From an uncultured cyanobacterium (GTDB taxonomy: Bacteria; Cyanobacteriota; Cyanobacteriia; PCC-6307; Cyanobiaceae), in the NCBI GenBank assembly GCA_963697335.1, contig CAVONQ010000018.1, positions 64,001-128,000 on the forward strand: a stretch of 64,000 nt of DNA, given 5' to 3'. Positions 34,076 through 43,944 of the stretch are shown one piece after another; position 1 is the first letter of the stretch, and every line of letters begins with the position of its first letter. The notes below the pieces were generated by a model. That model was not told the DNA's origin. It did no database searches and was given only the letters and a program-made list of their open reading frames with translations. The position numbers and the translations under genes were made by a program.

Positions 34076-36268
34076 GTGGCCATCCCGTTGCCAGCCCAGT
34101 CCGCATCTGAGCCCGGCGGTTCCGCAGCTCCGCTGCGCCTTCTGCTGATCAGCCTGCATGGCCTGATCCGCGGCCACGATCTGGAGCTGGGCCGCGACGC
34201 CGACACGGGCGGCCAGAGCAAATATGTGGTGGAGCTCACCCGGGCGCTGGCTCGCCACCCCCAGGTGGCCGGGGTGGATCTGGTGACCCGCCTGGTGGCC
34301 GATCCAGCCGTGAGCGCCGATTACGCCGTGCCCCTGGAGCCGCTCGGGCCCGGGGCCCGGATCGTGCGGATCGAGGCCGGTCCGGCGGAGTACCTGCGCA
34401 AGGAAGAACTCTGGGACCACCTCGACAGCTTCACCGACAACCTGCTGGCCTGGATCCAGGCCCAGCCCCATCGGCCCGATGTGCTGCACAGCCACTACGC
34501 CGACGCCGGCTACGTGGGGGTGAGGCTGGCCCACCGCACCGGCCTGCCCCTGGTGCACACCGGCCACTCCCTGGGGCGGGACAAGTACCGGCGGCTGCTC
34601 TCCATGGGGCTGTCGCTGGAGCAGATCGAGAGCCGATACAACATCTCCCGCCGCATCGATGCCGAAGAAGATGTGATCACCCAGGCCTCCCTGGTGATCA
34701 CCAGCACCCGCAATGAGATCGAGGATCAATACGGGCTCTACGACGGCTACATCCCCGCCAAGATGGTGGTGATTCCGCCGGGCACCGATCTCGAGCAGTT
34801 CCATCTGCCAGAGGCCACACCGGCTGCGGTCTCCGACCACGACATCGCTGCCGCCGAGGCGTTCAAGACCAGTATCGACGCGTTTCTGAAGCAGCCGCAG
34901 AAGCCGATCATCCTGGCCCTGTCACGGCCCGATCTGCGCAAGAACCTGATCACGCTGGTGGAGGCCTATGGCGCCAGCCTGGCCCTGCAGGAGCTGGCCA
35001 ACCTGGTGATCGTGGCCGGCAACCGCGATGACATCCGCGACCTCGATGAGGGTCCCCAGGCCGTGTTCATCGAGCTGCTGCTGGCGATCGACAGCCACGG
35101 TCTCCAGGGCCGGGTGGCCCTGCCCAAGCACCACAGCGCCGAGCAGGTGCCAATGATCTACCGCCTCGCTGCAGCCTCGCGGGGGGTGTTCATCAACCCG
35201 GCCCTCACCGAGCCGTTTGGGCTCACGCTGCTGGAGGCGGCGGCCAGCGGGTTGCCCGTGGTGGCCACCGAAAACGGCGGGCCGGTGGACATCATCGCCA
35301 ACTGCCGCAATGGCCTGTTGGTGGATCCCCTCAACACCGAGGCCATTGCCGAGGCCCTGCTGGCGATCCTGGCCGACTCCCGCCGCTGGCAGTCCTTCTC
35401 CCGCAACGGTGCACGGCTGGTGGCTTGCCACTACTCCTGGGACGCCCACGCTGAGACCTACCTGCGCAAACTGCACCACCTGGTGGAGGGAAGCCTCGAC
35501 GTGCCGGCAGCGCCGATGGTGCGCAGCACCCGGGGGCACAGCAAGGCCCTGTTCACCGCGGTGGACAACACCCTGCTGGGCGACCGGGCCGGCCTCGACG
35601 AGCTCAGCACCGTGCTCAGGGGGCGGGGCAACGACTGGCTGTTCGGCATCGCCAGCGGCCGCCGCCTCGATTCGCTGCTGGGCATCATCCGCGAGTACGG
35701 CATTCCCCTGCCGGACATTCTGATCACCAGCCTGGGCACGGAGATCTACTACTCGCCGAACTGGTTGCCCGACCTGGCCTGGGCCTCCCACATCAACCAT
35801 CTGTGGACCCCGTGGATGATCCGGCGACTGTTGCGGGAACTGCCAGGCCTGCACCTCCAGGCCCGCAACGAACAGAGCACGTTCAAGTTGTCGTATCACT
35901 ACGACGCCGCCCTGGCGCCCCCGATGGAGGAGCTGCGGACCCTGCTGAGGCAGCACGAACTCTCGGTGAACCTCACCCTCTCCTTCGGGCAATTCCTCGA
36001 CCTGGTGCCGGCCCGCGCCTCCAAGGGCCAGGCACTGCGCTTCGCGGCCCAGCGCTGGCGGATTCCCCTGGAGCGCATCCTGGTCACGGGCGGTTCCGGG
36101 GGCGATGAAGACATGCTGCGCGGCAACACCCTCGGCGTGGTGGTGGCCAACCGCCATTGCGAGGAACTCTCCAACCTGGGCGAGACCGAGCACATCTACC
36201 TGGCCTCCCAGTCCCACGCCCGGGGCATTCTCGAGGCCATCGACCACTACGACTTCCTGAGCCTCTAG
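34076..36268 (+). CDS. sps: Sucrose-phosphate synthase (GT-B domain plus HAD-like domain)
   Basis: ELGRDADTGGQ, HSHYADAG, HTGHSLG, NPALTEPFGLTLLEA; C-terminal HAD-like domain; start uncertain (33980-34076). Confidence 0.93.
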   Translation: MAIPLPAQSASEPGGSAAPLRLLLISLHGLIRGHDLELGRDADTGGQSKYVVELTRALARHPQVAGVDLVTRLVADPAVSADYAVPLEPLGPGARIVRIEAGPAEYLRKEELWDHLDSFTDNLLAWIQAQPHRPDVLHSHYADAGYVGVRLAHRTGLPLVHTGHSLGRDKYRRLLSMGLSLEQIESRYNISRRIDAEEDVITQASLVITSTRNEIEDQYGLYDGYIPAKMVVIPPGTDLEQFHLPEATPAAVSDHDIAAAEAFKTSIDAFLKQPQKPIILALSRPDLRKNLITLVEAYGASLALQELANLVIVAGNRDDIRDLDEGPQAVFIELLLAIDSHGLQGRVALPKHHSAEQVPMIYRLAAASRGVFINPALTEPFGLTLLEAAASGLPVVATENGGPVDIIANCRNGLLVDPLNTEAIAEALLAILADSRRWQSFSRNGARLVACHYSWDAHAETYLRKLHHLVEGSLDVPAAPMVRSTRGHSKALFTAVDNTLLGDRAGLDELSTVLRGRGNDWLFGIASGRRLDSLLGIIREYGIPLPDILITSLGTEIYYSPNWLPDLAWASHINHLWTPWMIRRLLRELPGLHLQARNEQSTFKLSYHYDAALAPPMEELRTLLRQHELSVNLTLSFGQFLDLVPARASKGQALRFAAQRWRIPLERILVTGGSGGDEDMLRGNTLGVVVANRHCEELSNLGETEHIYLASQSHARGILEAIDHYDFLSL

Positions 36269-36337
36269 GGCCTGGACCAGCGCCCCCCCGCGTCAGACTC
36301 GGCTGGCGTTGACGTGTGGGGAGGGTCCCCTCGGCTG

Positions 36338-37714
36338 ATGGCCTCCGATCCCCGCTCGGCTTTGCAACCCCCACCTCAGACTGGGCAACGGCCGCTGCCC
36401 CCCTCGCGGCTGTTGCTCTGCAGTGATCTCGACCGCACCCTGGTGCCGAACGGCCACCAGAGCGAATCCAGCGCGGCCAGGGGCCTGTTCGCCCGCCTGG
36501 TGCAGCGCCCCGAGCTCACCCTGGCCTACGTGTCCGGCCGGGATCCGGCCCTGGTGGCCGAGGCGATCGAGCGCTACGCCCTGCCCGTTCCGGCCTGGGT
36601 GGTGGCCGATGTGGGCACCACCATTCTGGAGGTGGCGTCGTCTGGGTGGATCCGGCACCGGGGCTGGGATGGGGCGATCGCCGCCGACTGGGGCGGCCGC
36701 AGCGGCGAGGAGCTGTGGCCACTGCTGGAGGACCTGCCGGAGCTGCGGCTGCAGGAGCCCAGCCGCCAGAGCCTCCACAAGCTGAGCTTCTATGTGGACC
36801 CGGCCCTGGAGCTGGCGCCGCTGCGGGCCCAGATCGAGACGCGGCTGGCGCATGAGGGGGTAGCGGCCAGCGTGATCCACAGCCTGGATGGGGCGGCCGG
36901 CGTGGGCCTGCTGGATGTGTTGCCCGCTTCCGCCACGAAACTGCACGCCGTGCGCTTCCTGATGGCCCAGCTGGGCTTCGGCCGCGACGACACCCTGTTC
37001 GCCGGCGACAGCGGCAACGACCTGCCGGTGCTCCAGAGCGAGCTGCGCTCGATCCTGGTGGCCAATGCCGACCCGGCGGTGAAGCAGGCCCTGGGTCTGC
37101 CCGCTCCTGCCCGGGAGCAGATCTATCTGGCCCAGGGGGAGTTCATGGGCATGAACGGCAACTACGCCGCAGGGGTGGTGGAGGGGGTGGTGCACCACTG
37201 CCCCGGGGCGGCGGCCTGGTTGGTGGAGTCTTGGCTCACCCACCTGAACAGCCGCGGCGAGGCCCGCATGGTGGAGGTGGGGGAGCGGCCCTCCAGCCTG
37301 CGCAGCGCCGTGGCGGAGGGCTTCATCAGCATGGATCCGGCTCTGCTGGCGGCGGTGCTGGAGGGCCGCACCGCCAAGGGGGATGTGCTCGCCGTGGCCC
37401 GGGTGGCGGCGATTCAGGCGGCCAAGCGCACCTCGGAACTGATCCCCCTCTGCCACCCCCTGGCCCTGACCGGCCTCGACGTGACGATCGAGCCAGCCCA
37501 GCAGCGCTCCGGCCTCAGGGTGGAGGTGGCGGCCCGCACCACCGGTCCCACCGGGGTGGAGATGGAGGCGCTCACGGCGGTACAGGTGGGCCTGCTCACC
37601 CTGTACGACATGGTGAAGTCCAGGGATCCCGCCATGACCATCGGGCCCGTGCGGCTGGTGCGCAAGGACGGTGGGCGCCATGGGCTCTGGGTCCGCCCCG
37701 AAGCAGAGGTCTGA
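36338..37714 (+). CDS. moaC: Fusion: sucrose-phosphate phosphatase-like HAD-IIB domain plus cyclic pyranopterin monophosphate synthase MoaC
   Basis: N-terminal SDLDRTL, SGR, K, GDSGND; from about 37235 [42 protein letters not shown]; no stop codon between the domains. Confidence 0.9.
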   Translation: MASDPRSALQPPPQTGQRPLPPSRLLLCSDLDRTLVPNGHQSESSAARGLFARLVQRPELTLAYVSGRDPALVAEAIERYALPVPAWVVADVGTTILEVASSGWIRHRGWDGAIAADWGGRSGEELWPLLEDLPELRLQEPSRQSLHKLSFYVDPALELAPLRAQIETRLAHEGVAASVIHSLDGAAGVGLLDVLPASATKLHAVRFLMAQLGFGRDDTLFAGDSGNDLPVLQSELRSILVANADPAVKQALGLPAPAREQIYLAQGEFMGMNGNYAAGVVEGVVHHCPGAAAWLVESWLTHLNSRGEARMVEVGERPSSLRSAVAEGFISMDPALLAAVLEGRTAKGDVLAVARVAAIQAAKRTSELIPLCHPLALTGLDVTIEPAQQRSGLRVEVAARTTGPTGVEMEALTAVQVGLLTLYDMVKSRDPAMTIGPVRLVRKDGGRHGLWVRPEAEV

Positions 37715-37720
37715 GACGCC

Positions 37721-38965
37721 ATGGCTGAACCGTTCCCCGCCGAGGGCCTGCCCCTGGACGCTGCCCGCCGCCAAGTGCTGGAGGCCCTGCAACCGCTCTC
37801 CGGCTCGCAAGAGGCGCCCCTGGCCGCGGCGCTGGGCCGGGTCACGGCCGCGGCGGTGGTGGCGGCCCAGGCGGTGCCGGGGTTCAGGGCCTCGATCATG
37901 GATGGCTATGCGCTGGCCGGCTCGGCGCTGCCGCCGCAGCTCGACAGCCGCTGGCGGCTGGTGGGCCGCTCCGCTCCCGGCGCTCCGTTCGAGCGCCCGC
38001 TGCAGAGCGGCGAGGCCGTGCGCATTCTCACGGGGGCGCCGCTGCCTGAGGGCTCGGAGCGGGTGCTGCCCCAGGAGCTGGTGGGGATCGATCCGGCCGG
38101 CGCCGAGCTGGTGCTGCAGCGCGCCGCCGGAGAGAACCCCTGGATCCGGGCGGCCGACGAAGAGGCTGCCCCCGGCCAGGTGCTGATCGAGGCCGGCCAG
38201 CGCCTCGGGCCCGCCGACCTGGCGCGGCTGGCCAGCTGCGGCGTGGCCTCCCTGTCGCTGCGGCCGCAGCCGCGGCTGGGCCTGCTGATCAGCGGCGATG
38301 AGCTCACACCCGTGGGGCAGCCGCGGCCAGCGGGGGCGATCTGGGAGAGCAACGGCACCCTGCTGGAGGCGCTGCTGGCGCGGCTGGGCTACGGGGTTGA
38401 GGCCTGCCTCGTGGTGGCCGATGACCCCCAGAGCCTGCGGCGGGCCCTCGAGCAGCTGGCGGCCAGTTGCGATGTGGTGGTGAGCACCGGTGGCGTGTCG
38501 GCAGGCGACAGCGACTGGATCCGCCCCCTGGTGGAGGAGCTGGGTGCGGTGGCGTTCTGGAAGCTGTTCCTCAGGCCGGGCCGCCCCTTCGCCTTCGGGC
38601 AGGTGCTGGGCCGGCCCTTCTTCGGCCTGCCAGGCAATCCGGTGGCGGCGGCGATCACGGCGCTGCAGCTGCTCTGGCCGGCCCTGCAGCGGCTGGAGGG
38701 CGCCGAGGTGGCGTTGCTGCCACGCCTGCAGGTGCAGCTGGCCACGCCCCTGCGCCGCTCCCCCGGGCGGCCGGAGCTGGCCCGGGCCCGCCTGGAGGTG
38801 AGCGCCTCCGGCCAGCCCCTGGCCAGGCTGGAGGGCAGCCAGGCCTCATCCCGGATCGGCTCGCTGCAGGGGGCGGATCTGCTGCTGGAACTCCCCGCCG
38901 ACTGCGCTGGCCTCGAGGCGGGGGCCAGGGTCTGGGCCCAGTTGTTGCGGCTGCCGCTCTTCTGA
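37721..38965 (+). CDS. moeA: Molybdopterin molybdenumtransferase
   Basis: SIMDGYA, RILTGA, SGDEL, STGGVSAGD, GLPGNP. Confidence 0.95.
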   Translation: MAEPFPAEGLPLDAARRQVLEALQPLSGSQEAPLAAALGRVTAAAVVAAQAVPGFRASIMDGYALAGSALPPQLDSRWRLVGRSAPGAPFERPLQSGEAVRILTGAPLPEGSERVLPQELVGIDPAGAELVLQRAAGENPWIRAADEEAAPGQVLIEAGQRLGPADLARLASCGVASLSLRPQPRLGLLISGDELTPVGQPRPAGAIWESNGTLLEALLARLGYGVEACLVVADDPQSLRRALEQLAASCDVVVSTGGVSAGDSDWIRPLVEELGAVAFWKLFLRPGRPFAFGQVLGRPFFGLPGNPVAAAITALQLLWPALQRLEGAEVALLPRLQVQLATPLRRSPGRPELARARLEVSASGQPLARLEGSQASSRIGSLQGADLLLELPADCAGLEAGARVWAQLLRLPLF

Positions 38966-38982
38966 GCGGGGGGCCTGGAGCT

Positions 38983-39441
38983 TCAGAAGGCGGTGTTGCC
39001 CTCCACCCAGCGGCTCTCGCCGCTGCGCAGCCACTCCCGTTTCCAGAACGGGGCGTCGTGCTTGAGGGCTTCCAGCAGGGCCTGGCAGCAGCGCTGGGCG
39101 GGGCCACGGCGGTCGGCGGCCACGGCCACCAGCACGATGGCGTCCCCTGGCAGCACCCGGCCCACCCGGTGCTGCACCAGCAGGGCAGCGACCCCATGGC
39201 GCTCGCCCAGCTCCTGGGCCTGGCTGCCCAGGCAGTGCTCCGTCATGCCGGGATAGTGCTCCAGCTCCAGGGCCTCCAGGGGCTCCCCCCGGCCGTCATG
39301 GCCCCGCACCCGGCCGATGAACCAGGCTTCGGCGGCGCTGGCACCGAGCGGCCCCTCGGCCAGGGCCCGCTGCCAGCTCTGGAGCTGTTGCAGCGGATCA
39401 AAGGGCTGGGGCCGCAGCGCGAGGGTCACCTCCACGGTCAA
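38983..39441 (-). CDS. moaE: Molybdopterin synthase large subunit
   Basis: FIGRVR, LEHYPGM, HRVG, LKHDAPFWKRE; TTG start overlaps the moaD stop. Confidence 0.94.
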   Translation of the reverse strand: MTVEVTLALRPQPFDPLQQLQSWQRALAEGPLGASAAEAWFIGRVRGHDGRGEPLEALELEHYPGMTEHCLGSQAQELGERHGVAALLVQHRVGRVLPGDAIVLVAVAADRRGPAQRCCQALLEALKHDAPFWKREWLRSGESRWVEGNTAF

Positions 39442-39803
39442 CCCCCGCTGATCGGCGGCAGGAAGGCCAGCTCGTCGCCCGCTTGCAAGGGCTGCTCCGC
39501 TGCGGCAAAGCGCTGGTTGATGGCAACGCGCAGGCCGGCCGGCCAGCCCAGGGGGGGCCTGGAGCTCCCGCTGGCCGGCTCCAGGGTCTCACCGAGTTCC
39601 AGCTGCTCCCAGATGTCCAGGGCCGAGACCGGCCCGCTCACCGGCAGGGCCAGCTGCCGTTCGCTCCAGCCGGCCCGCTCCCGCAGTGAGGCGAACAGCA
39701 GCACCCTCAGTTCGCCGCCACCACCGCTGCCGCCCCCAGGAACCCCAACGCCCCCGCCCAACGGCTGCGATTCTCGGCTCTGAGGCGGGGTTGGCTTCGG
39801 CAT
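39438..39803 (-). CDS. moaD: Molybdopterin synthase sulfur carrier subunit
   Basis: VLLFASLRERAG, RVAINQ, GDELAFLPPISGG C-terminus. Confidence 0.92.
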   Translation of the reverse strand: MPKPTPPQSRESQPLGGGVGVPGGGSGGGGELRVLLFASLRERAGWSERQLALPVSGPVSALDIWEQLELGETLEPASGSSRPPLGWPAGLRVAINQRFAAAEQPLQAGDELAFLPPISGG

Positions 39804-39886
39804 GGGTGAGAGGATCGGAACCCTGCACCGGAGCGGCCTGGTGCCGGGTTCAATGGACCCACAATGGCGCTTTGGAGCCGATTCGG

Positions 39887-40396
39887 GTGGGTCTTTCCAT
39901 CGCCTTGCTCAGCGTGTCGGACAGCCGCACCCTGGCGGAAGACCACTCCGGTGACGCCCTGCTGGAGCGCCTTCTGGCGGCGGGCCACCGGCTGGCCGAT
40001 CGGCAGCTGGTGCCCGACAACCGCTATCGGATCCGGGCGGCCCTGAGCAGCTGGATCGCCGACCCCGCTGTGCAGGTGGTGATCAGTTCCGGCGGCACCG
40101 GCCTCACCGGCCGGGACGGCACCCCCGAGGCCGTGGCGCCGCTGCTGGACAAGACGATCGACGGCTTCGGAGAACTCTTCCGGGTGCTCTCCTTCGAGAC
40201 CATCGGCACCAGTTCCCTGCAGAGCCGTTGCCTGGCCGGGGTGGCCAACGGCACCGTGGTGTTCGTGCTGCCGGGCTCCCTCGATGCGGTGCAGACCGCC
40301 TGGGACCGCCTGATCCAGGCCCAGCTCAGCGCCGAGACCCGTCCCTGCAACCTGGTGCAGCTGCTGCCGCGTCTGGGGGAACCCAGCGGCGACTAA
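39887..40396 (+). CDS. moaB: Molybdenum cofactor biosynthesis protein B
   Basis: LSVSDSRT, GGTGLTGRD.TPEA, GFGELFR, LPGS, RPCN. Confidence 0.93.
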   Translation: MGLSIALLSVSDSRTLAEDHSGDALLERLLAAGHRLADRQLVPDNRYRIRAALSSWIADPAVQVVISSGGTGLTGRDGTPEAVAPLLDKTIDGFGELFRVLSFETIGTSSLQSRCLAGVANGTVVFVLPGSLDAVQTAWDRLIQAQLSAETRPCNLVQLLPRLGEPSGD

Positions 40397-41427
40397 CCGC
40401 CCAGGTAGGCCATTTCGGCGTGGGGAGCGCCAGCTCCCGGCTCCAGGCTGGCCCGCTCTTCGCTGTAGCGATCGTGGCGCTGACTCCACAGTGCCTGCAG
40501 CCTGGTGCGCAGTCCGGCCGGATCGGGCCGCGGCCGCAGCCAGGGCTTCAGGTCGGTGCCGGCGGTGCCGAACAGGCAGGTGAAGGCCTGGCCATCGGCC
40601 GTTACCCGCAGCCGGTTGCAGTCGCCGCAGAAGGGCGCCGAGATCGACGCCACCACGGCCAGGTGCAGGTCGTCAGCGCGATCCAGATAGCGCCAGCGGC
40701 TGGCGGTGCCGTGACGGGCCCGGCCCTGGGGCTGCAGCGGCCAGCGGGCGCCGATCCGCTGCACCATCTCGGCGGCGGTGAGCACCTGATCCGGGCTCCA
40801 GCCGTTGCGGTTGCCCACATCCATGAACTCGATCAGCCGCAGCTCCACCCCCAGCTGCCTGGCCAGGGCGGCCAGGGGCAGCACCTGGTCGGCGTTGCGG
40901 CGCCGATCGATCACCGCATTCAGCTTGAGCTCACCGCGCCCCGGATCGAAGCCCGCCTCGCGGGCGTGGCTGATGGCGGCCAGCACCCGGGCCAGCAACA
41001 GCTCGCCCTGGCTGGCCCGGCCGCTCATGCGCCCCACGCTGGCCCCATCGGCCCCATCGAGGCTGATCGTGATCCGGTCGAGGCCCGCCTGGCGCAGGCT
41101 CCTGGCCCGCTCGGCCGTGAGCAGCACCCCGTTGGTGGTGAGGGCGATCTCCCGCAGCCCGGAGGCTTGGCGCAGCTCCTGCACGGCGCTGATCAGGGCC
41201 TCCAGCCCGAGGTGCAGCAGGGGCTCACCCCCGGTGAGCCGCAGGCTCGAGAAGCCCAGGCCGGCGGCCACGGCGATCAGGCTGCGTCGCTCCTCCAGCT
41301 GCAGCAACTCCGGAGGGTCCTGGTCATCGGGGCAGCAGTAGGGACAAGCCAGATTGCAGCGCGCCGTCAGGGACAGCCGCAGCACTCCGGGGCGCCGGCC
41401 CAGCTGGTCCAGTTCGGCAGCAACCAC
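40393..41427 (-). CDS. moaA: GTP 3',8-cyclase
   Basis: LRLSLTARCNLACPYC, LTGGEP, FCGDCNRLR..C, C-terminal MAYLGG. Confidence 0.95.
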   Translation of the reverse strand: MVAAELDQLGRRPGVLRLSLTARCNLACPYCCPDDQDPPELLQLEERRSLIAVAAGLGFSSLRLTGGEPLLHLGLEALISAVQELRQASGLREIALTTNGVLLTAERARSLRQAGLDRITISLDGADGASVGRMSGRASQGELLLARVLAAISHAREAGFDPGRGELKLNAVIDRRRNADQVLPLAALARQLGVELRLIEFMDVGNRNGWSPDQVLTAAEMVQRIGARWPLQPQGRARHGTASRWRYLDRADDLHLAVVASISAPFCGDCNRLRVTADGQAFTCLFGTAGTDLKPWLRPRPDPAGLRTRLQALWSQRHDRYSEERASLEPGAGAPHAEMAYLGG

Positions 41428-41456
41428 GACGGCGGAACGCGAAGGCAACGGTGCTG

Positions 41457-42116
41457 TCAGCCTGTCGCCCGGGGCGCCGGACTGACGAGACCGGCGGGAC
41501 CGAATCCCGGCCAGTCTGCGGGGCGGTTGCAGTTGAGGAGGGCGGTGGCGGGGAGCTGCACGGGGTGGATGGTGTGGCGGGCCAGCCAGCCATGCATGCT
41601 GCGGTGCCCGCTGGCCAGCCAGGTGTGCAGATCGCTGCGCAGGGCCTCGGTGGCGGGGTAGATCCCGAGCAAGGGGTGCAGGCGCGCTGCATCGCTGGCC
41701 ACGCACAGCTGCTGGGGCCTCTCCTCGGCGCGGCGCAGCAGCTGATCGAGGCTGGGGCGATCCAGCCAGGGCATGTCCACCGGGCAGAGCAGCAGGCGCT
41801 CGCCGGGGTGACGCTGCATCAGATGGCCAAGGGCCTGCAGGGGGCCCTGGGGGGGGATGGGTTCCTCGATCAAGTCCAGGGCTACGCCCATGGGCAGGCC
41901 CTGGCCCCCCCGCAGGGGCTCTGCCAGCTGCCGATGGCTCTGGTGATTGCTGCAGAGGCTGATCGGTGCCCCCAGTTCAGCCAGCAGCTCCAGGGTGTGG
42001 CTGAGCCAGGTGCCTCCGGCGGGGTGCCCCAGCAGGGCCTTGTCCAGGCCCATGCGTCGGCTGCCGCCGCCACTCAGCAGGCAGCAGCGCAGGGAAGCCG
42101 GGGTTGGGCTCGGCAT
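41457..42116 (-). CDS. mobA: Molybdenum cofactor guanylyltransferase
   Basis: LSGGGSRRMGLDKA, GPL, CPVDMP, HPL.GIY, NCN.P.D. Confidence 0.92.
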   Translation of the reverse strand: MPSPTPASLRCCLLSGGGSRRMGLDKALLGHPAGGTWLSHTLELLAELGAPISLCSNHQSHRQLAEPLRGGQGLPMGVALDLIEEPIPPQGPLQALGHLMQRHPGERLLLCPVDMPWLDRPSLDQLLRRAEERPQQLCVASDAARLHPLLGIYPATEALRSDLHTWLASGHRSMHGWLARHTIHPVQLPATALLNCNRPADWPGFGPAGLVSPAPRATG

Positions 42117-42175
42117 GGGGGCCTGGGCAAGACGGTGGGGTGCTGCATCGGCTGAAATGGCGTCAGCTGACCTCG

Positions 42176-42189
42176 GTAGCGTCAACCAC
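42176..42189 (+). promoter_or_regulatory. NtcA-like site in the mobA/nrtP divergent region
   Basis: GTA-GCGTCAAC-CAC (GTA-N8-CAC variant). Confidence 0.55.
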
Positions 42190-42297
42190 AGAAAAAGGAC
42201 AGGCTGTCTGGTGTAGTTGCGATGCGGCTTGCATGATGCGCCGCTGAACAGATCTGGCTCAGCGTTCGGAAGCTTCGATCATAATTCCCACCTCGAC

Positions 42298-43863
42298 ATG
42301 CTCGGTGAACTCTGGTCACTCCAGGGGAGATACAAGACGCTGCATCTCACCTGGTTTGCATTCTTTCTTACGTTTGTCGTCTGGTTCAACCTGGCTCCCC
42401 TGGCGACCACCGTCAAGGCGGATCTGGGCCTCACCGTTCCCCAGATTCGCACCGTTGCGATCTGCAACGTGGCCCTCACCGTGCCGGCGCGCATTCTGAT
42501 CGGCATGCTGCTGGACAAGTACGGGCCCCGCATCACGTACTCCACTCTGCTGATTTTTTCGGCTTTTCCCTGTCTGCTGTTCGCCTTCGCTCAGGACTTC
42601 AACCAGCTGGTGGTGGCTCGCCTGCTGCTTTCGATCGTCGGTGCCGGCTTTGTGATCGGCATTCGCATGGTGGCTGAATGGTTCCCGCCCAAGGAGATCG
42701 GCCTGGCTGAAGGCATCTACGGCGGCTGGGGCAACTTCGGCTCCGCCTTCTCGGCGCTCACCATGGTGACCCTGGCCGGCTGGCTCTCCTTCGGTGGTGG
42801 TTTCGCCGTTGATGGCATCGTGCTGAACTGGCGCGGAGCCATTGCCCTCTCCGGCATCATTGCCGCCATCTACGGCGTCTTCTACTACTTCAACGTTGAG
42901 GACACGCCGCCTGGTCGGATCTATCAGCGCCCGGCCAAGACCGCTGGCCTGGAGGTCACCTCCATGCGGGACTTCTGGGGTCTGATCGGCATGAACGTGC
43001 CCTTCGGCGTGATTCTGGCAGTGCTCGCCTGGCGGCTTCAGAAGGTGAAGTTCCTCGATGACACCGGCTTTGCCATCGCCATCGTGCTGGTGCTTCTCTT
43101 CTTCGGTTTCCAGACCTGGGGCATCATCCGTACCAACAAGGAGCTGATCACAGGAGCCAAGGTGTATCCCAAGGAGGATCGCTATGAGTTCAAGCAGGTG
43201 GCCATTCTGGAGCTCACCTACATCGTGAACTTCGGTTCGGAGCTGGCGGTGGTGTCGATGCTTCCCACCTTCTTCGAAACCACCTTTGCCCTGCCCAAGG
43301 CCACGGCCGGAATCCTGGCCTCGGCCTTTGCCTTCGTGAACCTGGTGGCGCGCCCCGGCGGTGGACTGCTCTCCGACAAGCTCGGATCCCGCAAGTCCAC
43401 CATGGGCTTCCTCACCGTTGGTCTTGGTTTCGGCTATCTGCTGATGAGCATGATCAAGCCCGGAACGTTCGTCGGTTCCGCCGGCATCGTGCTGGCTCTG
43501 GTGATCACCATGGTCTGCTCCTTCTTCGTGCAGGCCGGGGAGGGATCCACCTTCGCCATGGTGCCCCTGGTCAAGCGCCGGGTCACCGGCCAGATCGCTG
43601 GCATGGTGGGCGCCTACGGCAACGTGGGTGCCGTGGCCTATCTCACCATCTACAGCCTGCTGCCGCTGTGGTTGTCCGGCGCCGCCGATGCCGAACCCAC
43701 CCCCGCCGTGGTGGCGGCCTCCAACAGTGCCTTCTTCCAGGTGCTGGGCATAGCTGGTCTGATCGTTGGCTTCCTCTGCTACTTCGTGCTGAAGGAGCCC
43801 AAGGGATCCTTTGCTGATCTCCATGAGGGAGAAACAGCTGCGGCCGCCGCGACGGGGGTCTGA
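42298..43863 (+). CDS. nrtP: Nitrate/nitrite permease (NarK-type MFS)
   Basis: LHLTWFAFFLTFVVWFN, GAGFVIG, GGWGNFG, NFGSELA, ARPGGG; directly upstream of narB. Confidence 0.95.
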   Translation: MLGELWSLQGRYKTLHLTWFAFFLTFVVWFNLAPLATTVKADLGLTVPQIRTVAICNVALTVPARILIGMLLDKYGPRITYSTLLIFSAFPCLLFAFAQDFNQLVVARLLLSIVGAGFVIGIRMVAEWFPPKEIGLAEGIYGGWGNFGSAFSALTMVTLAGWLSFGGGFAVDGIVLNWRGAIALSGIIAAIYGVFYYFNVEDTPPGRIYQRPAKTAGLEVTSMRDFWGLIGMNVPFGVILAVLAWRLQKVKFLDDTGFAIAIVLVLLFFGFQTWGIIRTNKELITGAKVYPKEDRYEFKQVAILELTYIVNFGSELAVVSMLPTFFETTFALPKATAGILASAFAFVNLVARPGGGLLSDKLGSRKSTMGFLTVGLGFGYLLMSMIKPGTFVGSAGIVLALVITMVCSFFVQAGEGSTFAMVPLVKRRVTGQIAGMVGAYGNVGAVAYLTIYSLLPLWLSGAADAEPTPAVVAASNSAFFQVLGIAGLIVGFLCYFVLKEPKGSFADLHEGETAAAAATGV

Positions 43864-43944
43864 TCCCGGATCTCAGCCGCATCGCTGCTGTGGGGCAGGC
43901 CCAGGGTCTGCCCTTCTTCTTTGTCCGTCTGTTCTGTGAGCTCC

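Noticed and set aside
40393..42185. Possible mobA-moaA fusion
   Set aside because: Different frames; mobA stops at 41457 before the moaA start at about 41427.
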